Shown here: positions 1 to 10,403 of the stretch, piece by piece
Layout: each line of letters begins with the position of its first letter
Position numbering within the stretch: the stretch's first letter is position 1
DNA from: Acidobacteriota bacterium
GTDB lineage: Bacteria; Acidobacteriota; UBA6911
NCBI GenBank assembly: GCA_963664705.1
Contig: OY761556.1
Location: 3,968,001 to 4,032,000, forward strand
Direction of reading: 5' to 3'
DNA: 64,000 bases
Position numbers and translations under genes: made by a program
Notes under the pieces: model-generated
Database searches by the model: none
What the model saw: the letters and a program-made list of their open reading frames with translations, nothing else
Told to the model about the DNA's origin: nothing

Positions 1-216
1 CACAAGGCGTTGCCTGATGTGCCGGAAGGAGAATTGCGCTGGAAGATGCGTTTCGTGATCGGCGCGATGGCGCAGACGTTGACAGCCCAGCCCGCAACAT
101 TTCCGGACCGCGCGCAGGAATCGACGCTGTCCATTTCCAGGATGCTGGTTGCCTTTGTCAGCAGCGGGTTGCGCGGAACAGCAGCAGCAGACAATGAAAT
201 TGAGGTGAGCCAATGA
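1..216 (+). CDS. TetR-family regulator, C-terminal part (5' truncated by window edge)
   Basis: Frame is open from base 1 (HKALPDVPEGELRWKMRFVIGAMAQTL). It resembles a TetR C-terminal domain and its stop overlaps the TolC start (ATGA), heading an efflux operon. Confidence 0.65.
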   Translation, partial: HKALPDVPEGELRWKMRFVIGAMAQTLTAQPATFPDRAQESTLSISRMLVAFVSSGLRGTAAADNEIEVSQ

Positions 217-1553
217 AGTATGCGTGGGTCCTCTTCTTCTCTCTTCTTATTCCGGGAATAGCCACAGGTCAGTCTGCACCACTGGTACTGAGCCTGAAAA
301 GAGCCGTTGAAATTGCCGTGGCTCCCGAGGGAAATGCACAAATACAGCTTTCCGGCGAAGCCCTGCAACAGGCCAGGATGCGCTCCGGCCAGGCAAAGGC
401 TGCGTTGCTGCCCGACATATCGTCGTCTTTGACGTACAGAAATCAGACGATGAATCTTCGTGCCAACGGCCTTCGATTCGATATCCCGACCATTCCGGGC
501 TATTCCTTTGCTTTTCCCTCGCTGGTAGGCCCCTTCGGCGTAACCGATGCGCGCATCAGCGGCTCCCAGAGCATCTTTGACTTCAGCTCCATTCGCCGTT
601 TTCAGGCAGCAAAATCGGGAGTATCCGCCGCGGAATCGGATGTATCGAATGCGCAGGAACAGGTGGCCGGCCGAGTGGCTCGCGCCTATCTTCTCGCGAT
701 TCGCGCGGATGCGGATCTCGAAGCGGCCAAGGCCAATATCGCCTTGTCCCAGGCGGTACTCCAGCAGGCAGAGAATCAAAAGAAAGCGGGCACCGGTACG
801 GGCATCGAAATTACACGAGCAAAAGTGCAATTGGCGAATGATCAACAGCGCCGGCTCGTGTCTGAAAACGCAAAACGCAGCGCACATCTGCAGCTGCTGC
901 GATCCATGAATGTGCAGATGGACATCGATCTGGAATTAACCGACAAGCTTGGATATCTCCCCGTTGACAAGATCACGCTGGAGCAAGCCAAGGCGCAAGC
1001 GATGAGCTCGCGGCCGGATCTTAAAGCGCAGATGCAACGCGAACAGAGCGCCCGGCTTTCGGCAAGCGCCACGAAACTGGAACGATTGCCATCTCTCGGC
1101 TTTTTCGGCGACTATGGATCGATAGGCTCAAGCATCTTTGACAGCTCACTACCCACTCGAACCTATGGATTGACGCTTCGCATCCCTATCTTCGACGGTG
1201 GCCGCCGGGATGCCAGAAGAACGGAAGCCGCATCCCAGTACCGCGCAGAGACAGTTCGAACCAAAGATCTGAAAAATCAGATTGAGTTGGATATTCGTCT
1301 TGCGCTTGACGCACTGCGGTCGGCAGAGGAACAGGTTGATGTGGCTCGCGAAGGCCTGGATCTTTCGGAAAATGAACTGGCCCAGGCTCGCCGCCGCTAT
1401 GAAGCGGGGATGGCAAACAGCCTGGAGGTTACCGATGCGCAAACGCGTCTGGAGCGAGCTCGCGACAACCAGGTACAGGCACTCTATAACTACAATGTTG
1501 CACGGATTGACTTAGAACAGGCAATGGGGAATGTCCGAGGAACGGTGAAATAG
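213..1553 (+). CDS. TolC-family outer membrane efflux protein
   Basis: Signal peptide; two OEP-like helical repeats; LRIPIFDGG and RYEAG..LEVTDAQ motifs. Confidence 0.93.
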   Translation: MKYAWVLFFSLLIPGIATGQSAPLVLSLKRAVEIAVAPEGNAQIQLSGEALQQARMRSGQAKAALLPDISSSLTYRNQTMNLRANGLRFDIPTIPGYSFAFPSLVGPFGVTDARISGSQSIFDFSSIRRFQAAKSGVSAAESDVSNAQEQVAGRVARAYLLAIRADADLEAAKANIALSQAVLQQAENQKKAGTGTGIEITRAKVQLANDQQRRLVSENAKRSAHLQLLRSMNVQMDIDLELTDKLGYLPVDKITLEQAKAQAMSSRPDLKAQMQREQSARLSASATKLERLPSLGFFGDYGSIGSSIFDSSLPTRTYGLTLRIPIFDGGRRDARRTEAASQYRAETVRTKDLKNQIELDIRLALDALRSAEEQVDVAREGLDLSENELAQARRRYEAGMANSLEVTDAQTRLERARDNQVQALYNYNVARIDLEQAMGNVRGTVK

Positions 1554-1614
1554 CCGATTTTTCCGTCCGGGTACAGAGAACCGAAAACGCGAAATCCAAA
1601 ATCGAGAGAATCGA

Positions 1615-2790
1615 ATGAAAAAAAGAATAGCAATCGTAATCGTGTTGGTTGTAGTGATTGCCGGCGCTTATATCTTCATTTCCAGGCGATCGAGTCAAGA
1701 TCAGGCTAATGGGATTGCAGTTTCCGGAAACATCGAGTTGACGGAGGTCAATATCGCCTTCAAAACCGCCGGGAAACTGATTGAACGCACGGTCGATGAA
1801 GGAGATGTGGTAAAGAAAGAACAGATCATCGCCCGACTCGATCGCGACCAGTTGCTGGCCCAGAAAGAACGGGAGACGGCAGGATTGAATTCGGCTCAAT
1901 CCCAGCTTGCCCAATCCGAAACATCGCTGGCCTGGCAAAAAGAGAATTTGGCCGCCGACATCGAGCAGCGCAAAGCGGACATCCTGTCCAACGAAGCCAG
2001 GCTTGAGGAATTGAAAAACGGCTCGCGGCCGCAGGAAAAACAGGAAGCAAAAGCAGCCGTTGATTCCGCGCAGGCCGAAAATGAACGAGCCAAACGGGAC
2101 TGGGATCGTGCGCAGTCTCTCTATAAAAACGACGATATCTCAACCGCGCAATACGACCAATATCGCAGCCGCTGGGAAGGATCGGAGGCTGCGCTGAAAC
2201 AGGCAAAGGAGCGGCAGTCGCTGGTAATAGCGGGCCCACGAGCCGAACAGATCGCGGCGGCGCAAGCCCAGGTCCAGCGGGCTCGCGCCTCTCTCAAAAT
2301 GGCCGAATCCAACGCACTCGAAATCAAACGTCGCCAGCAGGATCTTGCCTTCAGGCGATCCGAAATTGAGCGTGCCAAAGCCAATCTGGCGCTGATCGAA
2401 ACGCAGCTTTCCGACACTATAGCCATATCGCCGGTGGATGGCGTGGTACTGGTCAAGGCTGCTGATGTAGGAGAAATATTGGCTGCGGGAACCACCGTCG
2501 TTACGGTCGGTGATATCGATCATCCCTGGCTCCGGGCTTATATCAACGAAACCGATTTGGGCCGCGTAAAACTTGGCACCAAGGCAAAGATCACAACCGA
2601 CTCCTATCCCGGAAAGACCTACGAGGGCAAAGTCAGTTTCATCGCATCCGAAGCCGAATTCACGCCCAAGCAGATCCAGACAAAAGAGGAGCGCGTCAAG
2701 CTCGTTTACAGGATCAAGATCGATTTGGACAATCGGCAGCACGAACTGAAATCAAATATGCCGGCCGATGCCGTCATTACGCTGGAGTAG
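1615..2790 (+). CDS. HlyD/YbhG-like membrane fusion protein
   Basis: N-terminal TM, long coiled coil, lipoyl-like ISPVDGVV, and the YbhG-type motif AEFTPKQIQTKEERVKLVYRIK. Confidence 0.93.
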   Translation: MKKRIAIVIVLVVVIAGAYIFISRRSSQDQANGIAVSGNIELTEVNIAFKTAGKLIERTVDEGDVVKKEQIIARLDRDQLLAQKERETAGLNSAQSQLAQSETSLAWQKENLAADIEQRKADILSNEARLEELKNGSRPQEKQEAKAAVDSAQAENERAKRDWDRAQSLYKNDDISTAQYDQYRSRWEGSEAALKQAKERQSLVIAGPRAEQIAAAQAQVQRARASLKMAESNALEIKRRQQDLAFRRSEIERAKANLALIETQLSDTIAISPVDGVVLVKAADVGEILAAGTTVVTVGDIDHPWLRAYINETDLGRVKLGTKAKITTDSYPGKTYEGKVSFIASEAEFTPKQIQTKEERVKLVYRIKIDLDNRQHELKSNMPADAVITLE

Positions 2791-2793
2791 CGG

Positions 2794-3540
2794 ATGGGTA
2801 CGATCATCCAGACACAGGAACTGACGCGTCGGTTTGGAGAGCTTATCGCCGTTGACCATCTCAACCTGTCGATCGAGGCCGGCGAAATATTCGGGCTCGT
2901 CGGCCCGGACGGTGCGGGAAAAACCACGACGCTGCGCATGCTCTGTGGACTTGTGAATCCGACGGAAGGAACCGCCAATGTGGCCGGTCACGATGTTACG
3001 CGCGATCCACAGGCGGTAAAGGACCAGATCGGCTATATGGCCCAGAAATTCGGGCTTTATCTCGATCTTTCCGTTCAGGAAAACATGGACTTCTATGCGG
3101 ACCTGTTCGGAATTGTCGGAGCGGAACGCAAAGAGCTTACCGCCCAATTGTTGCGCATGACGCGCATGGAGCCATTCCGGGAGCGGCAGGCAGGAAGGCT
3201 TTCCGGCGGCATGAAACAGAAGCTAGCACTCATGTGTACTCTGCTGCACCGTCCCCAGATCCTGTTTCTCGACGAACCGACGAACGGAGTGGATCCGGTA
3301 TCCAGACGCGATTTCTGGGCCATTCTGTATCAGTTGCTCAAGGATGGAATCACGATACTGATGACAACAGCCTATCTCGATGAAGCGGAGCGGTGCAATC
3401 GAGTGGGTCTGATGCATCGGGGAAAACTGATTCGCTGCGATGCACCGGAGGCGCTGAAGCATGCGGCGGGGGCAGACTCCATGGAGGCTGTTTTTATTCA
3501 GGGGGTCCGCTCGGCTGAAGCGGAGGAGGCCAAACAATGA
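2794..3540 (+). CDS. ABC transporter ATP-binding protein (YbhF-like, first NBD)
   Basis: Walker A GPDGAGKTT, signature LSGGMKQ, Walker B LFLDEPT. Confidence 0.95.
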   Translation: MGTIIQTQELTRRFGELIAVDHLNLSIEAGEIFGLVGPDGAGKTTTLRMLCGLVNPTEGTANVAGHDVTRDPQAVKDQIGYMAQKFGLYLDLSVQENMDFYADLFGIVGAERKELTAQLLRMTRMEPFRERQAGRLSGGMKQKLALMCTLLHRPQILFLDEPTNGVDPVSRRDFWAILYQLLKDGITILMTTAYLDEAERCNRVGLMHRGKLIRCDAPEALKHAAGADSMEAVFIQGVRSAEAEEAKQ

Positions 3541-4478
3541 GCGGCTGGGCAGTGGAAACCGTCGAACTGGTCAAGTCATTCGGGCCGTTTGTGGCCGTGG
3601 ACCACGTGTCTCTTCAGGTTAAGAAAGGGGAAATATTCGGCTTCCTGGGACCCAATGGAGCCGGCAAATCGACGACCATACGCATGCTCTGTGGATTGCT
3701 GACGCCGACATCCGGACGGGCACTTGTTGGCGATCTGGACGTAGCGATCAAACCGGAGCAGGTCCGACGCAACATCGGGTACATGTCGCAGAAGTTTTCT
3801 CTCTACGACGATCTCACCGTCGAGCAGAACATCGATTTCTTCGCCGGATTATACGGTGTCCCGAAGGAGCGTCGTGAAGAACGCAAAAAATACGTACTGG
3901 GAATGGCAAACCTGACGGACAGGCACGATGCAATGACGGCAACCCTCTCCGGCGGCTGGAAACAGAGGCTGGCGCTCGGCTGCGCCATATTGCACGATCC
4001 ACCGGTATTGTTTTTGGATGAACCGACTTCAGGCGTGGATCCGATCGCGCGCGCCTCATTCTGGGACCTGATCCGCGAGATGGCATCAACGGGCCACACC
4101 ATATTCGTCAGTACGCATTACATGGACGAAGCCGAATATTGCCATAGACTGGCCCTGATGTATCGAGGGCGCGTGATCGCGCTGGGAGCACCGGCTGAAT
4201 TGCGTGCCGGCCTGAGCACGCAGGTCCTGCTCCAATTGGACACCTCCGCGCCGCTGGAAACCATGCGCGCGCTGGAACAAGCCCCGGGAATCCTTGAAGT
4301 CGCGGTTTTTGGAGGAGGCCTCCATGTGGCCGTATCAGAGCACGACACAGGGGTAGCCACTATTCGCGAACGACTCTCCGCAGAGAAAATTGACATCCAC
4401 CGGCTTCAGAAGATACAGCCCTCGCTCGAAGATGTATTCGTGGCTTTGATTGAGGAGGAGGAGAGGAAGCTGGCATGA
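3537..4478 (+). CDS. ABC transporter ATP-binding protein (YbhF-like, second NBD)
   Basis: GPNGAGKST, LSGGWKQ, LFLDEPT, STHYMDEAE. Confidence 0.95.
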   Translation: MSGWAVETVELVKSFGPFVAVDHVSLQVKKGEIFGFLGPNGAGKSTTIRMLCGLLTPTSGRALVGDLDVAIKPEQVRRNIGYMSQKFSLYDDLTVEQNIDFFAGLYGVPKERREERKKYVLGMANLTDRHDAMTATLSGGWKQRLALGCAILHDPPVLFLDEPTSGVDPIARASFWDLIREMASTGHTIFVSTHYMDEAEYCHRLALMYRGRVIALGAPAELRAGLSTQVLLQLDTSAPLETMRALEQAPGILEVAVFGGGLHVAVSEHDTGVATIRERLSAEKIDIHRLQKIQPSLEDVFVALIEEEERKLA

Positions 4479-5602
4479 TTTACCGACGCACACGCGCAGT
4501 CTTTCTCAAGGAACTGCATCACATCATCCGCGACGCACGCAGTCTCGCGCTGGCTCTCGCGATGCCCTTTATGATGCTTTTGCTATATGGGTACGCGCTA
4601 AGTCTGGACGTCGACCTGATCCCGACGCTGATTTATGATCAGGACGGCACGGCAGCCAGTCGCGCCCTCACCCGTCAGTTCCAGGCGTCCCGCTTTTTTG
4701 ATCTGCGTGGTTTTGCTAATTCCTATAAACAGATCGAGCTCGGGATCGACAAAAACTCCATCCTGATCGGAATCGTGATCCCGCGCGGATTTGGAGGAGA
4801 TATAGCCTCGGGCCATGGCACCAGCGTTCAACTCCTGGTTGATGGAAGCGATTCGAATAAATCGGGCATCGCGTTGGGCTATGCGGAAAGCGTGGTACAG
4901 GTTTATTCTGCCCAGGTCCGGCCGCAAAGGCTCCCGGTCATGCGAACCACTCCCATGGTCGATGCCAGAATGCGTGTCTGGTATAACAGTTCCCTTCAAT
5001 CCAGAAATTTCGTAGTGCCGGGCTTGATTGCAGTCATCCTGATGATTCTTGCAGGCCAACTCACATCTTTAACCATCGCCCGTGAATGGGAAATGGGTAC
5101 TATGGAACAAATTCTCTCCACCCCTCTGCGGCCTGCGGAAATGGTGGTTGGGAAAATGCTGGCCTATTTTGTTGTCGGTCTTGCCGACTCGGTCATGGCG
5201 CTGGTCGTCGGGCTGGCAATTTTCAATGTGCCATTTCGCGGCAGCATTTTGCTGCTGGCTCTGTCCACCACACTTTTCCTTTGCGGCGTGCTGTTCTGGG
5301 GCATTTATATGTCCTGCGGGGCACGAACCCAGGTAGAGGCTTATCAAAAGGCCATGCTCAGCACCTTCCTGCCGGGATTCCTGCTTTCCGGCTTCGTATT
5401 CACGATTGACACCATGCCCAAAGTGCTTCAGATCATCAGCCTGGTGATACCCGCCCGCTATTTTGTCTCCGCACTGAAATCCATCTTCCTGAAGGGGGGA
5501 GGGATTTCCATCATCTGGGATCAACTCGTTTTCATGGCTATATTCACAGTGATCGTTTTCTGGCTGGCGATACGTAAACTGAAAAGCCAAAGGGTGGCAT
5601 AA
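4475..5602 (+). CDS. ABC-2 permease (YbhS-like)
   Basis: AREWEMGTMEQIL and FLLSGFVF motifs; about 6 TM segments plus a periplasmic domain. Confidence 0.93.
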   Translation: MIYRRTRAVFLKELHHIIRDARSLALALAMPFMMLLLYGYALSLDVDLIPTLIYDQDGTAASRALTRQFQASRFFDLRGFANSYKQIELGIDKNSILIGIVIPRGFGGDIASGHGTSVQLLVDGSDSNKSGIALGYAESVVQVYSAQVRPQRLPVMRTTPMVDARMRVWYNSSLQSRNFVVPGLIAVILMILAGQLTSLTIAREWEMGTMEQILSTPLRPAEMVVGKMLAYFVVGLADSVMALVVGLAIFNVPFRGSILLLALSTTLFLCGVLFWGIYMSCGARTQVEAYQKAMLSTFLPGFLLSGFVFTIDTMPKVLQIISLVIPARYFVSALKSIFLKGGGISIIWDQLVFMAIFTVIVFWLAIRKLKSQRVA

Positions 5603-5604
5603 AA

Positions 5605-6762
5605 ATGTGGGAGCGCATCCGCGTCATTTTGCGTAAAGAACTCATTCAAACCCTGCGAGAGCCACAGATGCGCGGGATGCTGTTTCTTGCACCGCTGATC
5701 CAGTTACTGATCTTTGGATACGCGGTAACGCTCGATGTCGACCACGCCCGCATTGCATGGCGCGACATGAGTCGCACGCCGGAAAGCCGTGCCTTGCGTG
5801 CCAGATTCGAGGGATCGGGACGATTCGAGATTGTGGCCCTGCCTGAAAGCGAGGAGGATGTTCAACAACTGCTCGATAAAAGCGAAGTTCATGCGGTTGT
5901 TGCTGTTCTTCCGGAATTTGCGCGCGATTTGGCCCGGGGCAGAACGGCTCAGGTTCAGGTATTGCTGGACGGCACGAATTCCAATACCGCTTCGCTGATT
6001 TCTGCTTATGCCGCCGGGGTGATTGCCGGCTTTAGCACGGATGTGGCACTGAATCCATCCAAGAATCAACAGATGATCCAGTTGACGCTGCGAAATCCGG
6101 ATGGAAGGCCGGTTGCAGGCCAGATCGTGTCGGGAACACGCGTCTGGTTCAATCCCGATCTGCGCAGCCGTAACTTTTTCATACCAGGAGTCACGGCGAA
6201 CCTTCTTCTGATGCTGACCCTGATGCTCACCGCACAGGCGATTATCCGCGAAAAGGAAATTGGCACCATGGAGCAGTTGATGGTGACACCGATGCGGCCG
6301 ATTGAGCTCATGCTTGGCAAGACCCTCCCCTTCGCCGCTGTCGGGCTGGTCAATATGATGATAGTGACTGCAGTTGCGCTGCTGTGGTTTAACATTCCCT
6401 TCCGCGGTAATTTTCTGCTGCTGATGTTCTGCGCTCTGCTCTATCTATTGCCGAGTCTCGGAGCCGGTCTGTATCTGTCCACCATCTCCAATACGCAACA
6501 GCAGGCCAACATGGGGTCTTTCTTCATCACGACTCCGGCATTTATGCTGAGCGGCTTTGCGTTTCCTATCAGCAATATGCCCTTAATCGTGCAATACCTT
6601 ACCTACTTAAACCCAATCCGCTACTTCATGGAAATTGTTCGCGGCGTATTTATCAAAGGAGTGGGAATTTCGGTATTGTGGCCCCAGATGCTGATCCTGG
6701 GCATCTATGGAGTCCTCATTCTTGCGCTCAGCGCCATTCGCTTCCATAAGACGCTGGATTAG
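5605..6762 (+). CDS. ABC-2 permease (YbhR-like)
   Basis: IREKEIGTMEQLMVTP, LSGFAFPISNMP and NPIRYF motifs. Confidence 0.93.
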   Translation: MWERIRVILRKELIQTLREPQMRGMLFLAPLIQLLIFGYAVTLDVDHARIAWRDMSRTPESRALRARFEGSGRFEIVALPESEEDVQQLLDKSEVHAVVAVLPEFARDLARGRTAQVQVLLDGTNSNTASLISAYAAGVIAGFSTDVALNPSKNQQMIQLTLRNPDGRPVAGQIVSGTRVWFNPDLRSRNFFIPGVTANLLLMLTLMLTAQAIIREKEIGTMEQLMVTPMRPIELMLGKTLPFAAVGLVNMMIVTAVALLWFNIPFRGNFLLLMFCALLYLLPSLGAGLYLSTISNTQQQANMGSFFITTPAFMLSGFAFPISNMPLIVQYLTYLNPIRYFMEIVRGVFIKGVGISVLWPQMLILGIYGVLILALSAIRFHKTLD

Positions 6763-6801
6763 CGCCGTCTTTCGCAACTCGGTTCAGATTCTGCGGACCG
6801 G

Positions 6802-8271
6802 CTATTCGGCGGAAGCGGGCTCGGTGTGGATTACCACACGACCGAGTTCAGGAAATTCCCGGCGAAGCCGGTTTTCAACCTCTTCCGCAATCTCATGAAC
6901 TTCGGCAATCGAAGCACGCGCATTCACCAGCAGATGAAATGCCAGGTAAATTCTGGCGTCGACTCTATGCAACTGAATATCGTGACAGCCGCAGCTTTGG
7001 GAAAATTCCGCACTGACGGCTTGCACGCGCACGGTGTAGATTTGCGCCTCATCCTCGCTTAGAGGGGATCCCACGCCAGCCTCTTCGGAGCGAGGCTCTA
7101 TATGTGCACATATTTCAGCGATAGGCGCCGACTCGCTTATCCGGGCCAACTCCACGCGGATCCGCGCTTCGAGATTGGATGCCTGCTCATGTGCCTGCTC
7201 GAAACTGACATCGGGATCAACCTCGACATCAAGGTCAATCCATATCCCCCGCTCGGTCCAGTGGGTCGTCACATTGTGGACGGAAACATGTTCGCTGGAG
7301 GCGACGGCATGGATCCTTTCCAGGATGCCCTCGCTTTCCGTGGTCGGTTCAGTATGGATCACCACATCCGCTTCGGGAGAAATCGTTCGCACCACGAACT
7401 GAGCCTTTTCCGTCAATTCGTGGCTTTCCTCGAAAGACAGGTAACTGGGAACCTCCATGGCCATGTCCACAAAAACATGATTGCCGACATCGCGGACTCG
7501 TATGCGCGCCACGCGCTGGACGCCCGGGATCTCCTGCACTGACCGGGAAATTTGCGCCGCCAGACCCTGCGGGGCACGATCCAGCAAGGCATCTACCGCT
7601 CGCCTCCCGAGCTTATAGCTGACCCAAATGACAATTGCAGAAACAACTAGCGCGGCAATAGCATCCGCACGCTCAAATAAAGATTTGTCTCCGCCGCGAT
7701 ACTCCCCGATTCTGACCAGGATCAGTCCGCAGATTACAACTACCGAACTCCAGATATCCGTACTGAAATGAAGAGCGTCGGCCTCCAGCGCTTGGCTGCG
7801 GTATTTCTTGGCTACTCGAGCCAGCGCTCGTGACCTGGAAAAATCGATCACAATCGACATACCCATGATCAGGAAAGCCCAGAAACTCGGATCAACATCG
7901 ATGGTGACGAAGAAGAGACGCTTCACCGCCTCATAGATAATCCAGACACATGTAAGGAGAAGAAGAAGTGTCTCCGCAAGAGCGCTGAGGTTTTCGATCT
8001 TTCCGTGTCCGTACAGGTGACTCTCGTCTGCCGGTTTGTCGCTGACGCGAACGGCAAAGAGCGTGATCACAGCGGCAACCAAATCGAGTGCGGAATGCGC
8101 CGCTTCCGCCAATATCCCAAGGCTGCCCGTCAAAATCCCAATGAAGAGTTTGGTTGCAGTCAGAAATATCGCCGCGACCACCGACGTCGCCGCAACTACC
8201 TTCTTCTCGGAACTCTGGGACCGGGCCGAGGAAAATTCATTTTTTTTAGACCGATCATCGAAAAAGGCCAC
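6802..8271 (-). CDS. Cation diffusion facilitator (FieF-like) with extended C-terminus of repeated ZT-dimer domains
   Basis: EAAHSALD, HLYGHGKIE and ADALHFSTD motifs; three repeats ending IHTEP / AHIEP / IHTEP. Confidence 0.92.
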   Translation of the reverse strand: MAFFDDRSKKNEFSSARSQSSEKKVVAATSVVAAIFLTATKLFIGILTGSLGILAEAAHSALDLVAAVITLFAVRVSDKPADESHLYGHGKIENLSALAETLLLLLTCVWIIYEAVKRLFFVTIDVDPSFWAFLIMGMSIVIDFSRSRALARVAKKYRSQALEADALHFSTDIWSSVVVICGLILVRIGEYRGGDKSLFERADAIAALVVSAIVIWVSYKLGRRAVDALLDRAPQGLAAQISRSVQEIPGVQRVARIRVRDVGNHVFVDMAMEVPSYLSFEESHELTEKAQFVVRTISPEADVVIHTEPTTESEGILERIHAVASSEHVSVHNVTTHWTERGIWIDLDVEVDPDVSFEQAHEQASNLEARIRVELARISESAPIAEICAHIEPRSEEAGVGSPLSEDEAQIYTVRVQAVSAEFSQSCGCHDIQLHRVDARIYLAFHLLVNARASIAEVHEIAEEVENRLRREFPELGRVVIHTEPASAE

Positions 8272-8414
8272 AAAAAAACCCCTAAAGAATGGATTTTTTG
8301 TCCCAACTATCAGATCTGCACTTTAGGCTCTGGCAGATCTCGCATGCACATGCCTAAAGCCTGAAATCGAGCCCAGTAGAAAACAATAATAAATAATTTC
8401 GGACCGACCCCGAT

Positions 8415-8678
8415 TTAGTCGACGAGGCGGAGGTTTGCCGGATGGCGTCGATGCTCAGCCAGAATTCGCCGCGCCTCCGGAGCAAGTGAGGCTGGGACAA
8501 AAAGTCGAATCTGTCCACCCTCCTCATCGCCAACGGGATAAAGACGATTCGGCAATTCCGAAGAATAGTGACAGGGTATGGAATAGCTCTGGAGCAGACT
8601 CTTGATTACGGACGCTTCACTATCGGTCCAAGCCCTTGCCACAATAACCGGTTCCGCCTTATCCATGAACTCCTGCAT
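8415..8678 (-). CDS. DUF2007-like small protein
   Basis: EASVIKSLLQSYSIPC ... IRLFVP..APEARRIL pattern. Confidence 0.75.
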   Translation of the reverse strand: MQEFMDKAEPVIVARAWTDSEASVIKSLLQSYSIPCHYSSELPNRLYPVGDEEGGQIRLFVPASLAPEARRILAEHRRHPANLRLVD

Positions 8679-8711
8679 CTTCCCGTCCCCCGCTTTGGTA
8701 TTGGACGGCCG

Positions 8712-9569
8712 CTATCTTTGTATTTTAACCGCCGGCTCTTTTCGCTTAAAAGCCTGGAATTCGTAGGTGGCTCCGACGACGACGCCCGATTTGGGGTCAT
8801 ATTTCATCAGGCCCGCAACCGCACCCAGATCCCAGCGAATCTTGCCTGTCCAAAACTGGACTCCTGCGCGCGCCTGGGACAGGTTCTCATTACCGAGTCT
8901 TCTTGGCGGCCCCTGGCGCCCATTGACCTCGGCAACCAGGTTGACGCCCTTCAATATGGGAATGATCGTTGCCACGCCATAGGTAAGAGGATCCGTCTGT
9001 CGGTCTTCAAGAACCGGGTTGCCCAGAATTGCAAAACCAAGGTCTCCCAGAATCTGGCACCGGCCAACATTTTTTTTAAACAGGAAGCTCGCGTAAAACT
9101 CCGTTTCGTCCGTACCCAGGCCGCTGTCATGTTTGGCGTTGGGAAGCTCCACGGCAAACTTGAACGCCAGTGCCGGACGAAATTTTTTTTCGCCCGCAAG
9201 CTTCAGCTTGGTTGCGAGAATCAAATCTCCAAAATCACTCGTGGAATTCCCGGAAAATTTTGGCGGATAGGCAGGTTGCGCCGTTCTATTGGAAACAGAA
9301 AGCATATCCCGCGCCACGCCCGAGATCTTGAACTCCGCATAATCCCCAACCCCTACCTGCACGCTGGCAACGCCCAGGCGAGTCAAATCCCCTTCAAGGC
9401 CGGACAAAGTGTAATGCTGCCCCTGCAGGAATTCCGCGCCGAATTCAGCCCGAACGCGGCCGGTTTCAAGGAGTTCAGCATCATCCGTTCTGAGCGGACG
9501 CTGTTGCCCGGAGGCACTCCATGGGATCGATACCAACAACACCGCCAATATCCACCGTACTTGAAACAC
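8712..9569 (-). CDS. Exported, probable outer membrane beta-barrel protein
   Basis: GTG start at 9569 preceded by AAGGAGG; signal peptide (VFQVRWILAVLLVSIPWSASG); amphipathic beta-strands; FGDLILATK motif. The ORF-track extension to 9803 overlaps rsmE and is discarded. Confidence 0.7.
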   Translation of the reverse strand: MFQVRWILAVLLVSIPWSASGQQRPLRTDDAELLETGRVRAEFGAEFLQGQHYTLSGLEGDLTRLGVASVQVGVGDYAEFKISGVARDMLSVSNRTAQPAYPPKFSGNSTSDFGDLILATKLKLAGEKKFRPALAFKFAVELPNAKHDSGLGTDETEFYASFLFKKNVGRCQILGDLGFAILGNPVLEDRQTDPLTYGVATIIPILKGVNLVAEVNGRQGPPRRLGNENLSQARAGVQFWTGKIRWDLGAVAGLMKYDPKSGVVVGATYEFQAFKRKEPAVKIQR

Positions 9570-9655
9570 GCGTCCTCCTTTGGATGGGGAATGCATTATA
9601 AACGGAAAGGCCGGCAGGCAAAATAGTTGAGAATCCCCGGTAGAGTGTCCGGGAA

Positions 9656-10396
9656 TCAGGATCGTCTGCTTAGCAGATTGAGATGATGTTGAATAATTGA
9701 AACCGCCGCGACGGCGGCAGTTTCGGCTCTCAAAATCCACGGACCCAAGCCGGATACAAGATATCCCGCATTGCGAGCCTGCTCGACCTCGGCCGCATCC
9801 CATCCCCCTTCCGGCCCAATGCAGACGACAGTCCGATCCGTTGCCGCATTTTCGGACTGCCAGGGTTCCGGGGCTTTTTCGTAGAACAGGATCCTGGTGG
9901 ACTCCGCAAAATCATCCAATGCCAGGAAATCGGGGAAATTGAGCGGTTTTCGAAGACTCGGCGCGGCAAGGCGATTGCATTGCCTGGACGCCTCCGTCAA
10001 AATTTTTTGCCAGCGCTCCATGCGGGATTCCATTTTATCTTCGGGAATCCGGGCATCACTCCAGCGGGTTCTTAGCGGGATAATTTCGTCTACGCCCAAT
10101 TCGGTGCACTTCTCCAGAATCCACTCAAACCTGGCGGGTTTGATCAGAGCTGCAGCCAGTGTCAGACGAAAGGGAAAACCAGCGGTCTCTATCGGTATCA
10201 GTCCGCCAATCGATACCTCCGTACCGTGGATCTCAACTCGGCCTTCGTACCCCGACCCGGCTCCGTCAAAGATTTCCACGACGTCTCCGGATCGCATTCG
10301 CAATACATCCTTCAGATGATGTGCCTGTGCATGCGGAAGAGTGGTTGAGTTTCCGGAGATTAGTTCCCGCGGGACAAAAAATCGTCTTCGGGTCAT
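9656..10396 (-). CDS. rsmE: 16S rRNA m3U1498 methyltransferase
   Basis: HLKDVLRM, EKCTELGV, IGPEGGW and LGPWILRAETA motifs; position after dnaJ. Confidence 0.95.
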   Translation of the reverse strand: MTRRRFFVPRELISGNSTTLPHAQAHHLKDVLRMRSGDVVEIFDGAGSGYEGRVEIHGTEVSIGGLIPIETAGFPFRLTLAAALIKPARFEWILEKCTELGVDEIIPLRTRWSDARIPEDKMESRMERWQKILTEASRQCNRLAAPSLRKPLNFPDFLALDDFAESTRILFYEKAPEPWQSENAATDRTVVCIGPEGGWDAAEVEQARNAGYLVSGLGPWILRAETAAVAAVSIIQHHLNLLSRRS

Positions 10397-10403
10397 CGGC
10401 GGG

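Noticed and set aside
2794-4478. Split of the two-NBD YbhF-like ATPase as a frameshift
   Set aside because: Both halves are complete NBDs with an ATGA overlap and a GGAGG RBS, so a two-gene arrangement fits.
8568-9626. 352-aa plus-strand ORF, and similar long ORFs at 10341, 51983, 54950, 58543, 61923 and 62834
   Set aside because: All lie antisense to well-supported genes and lack recognisable domains.
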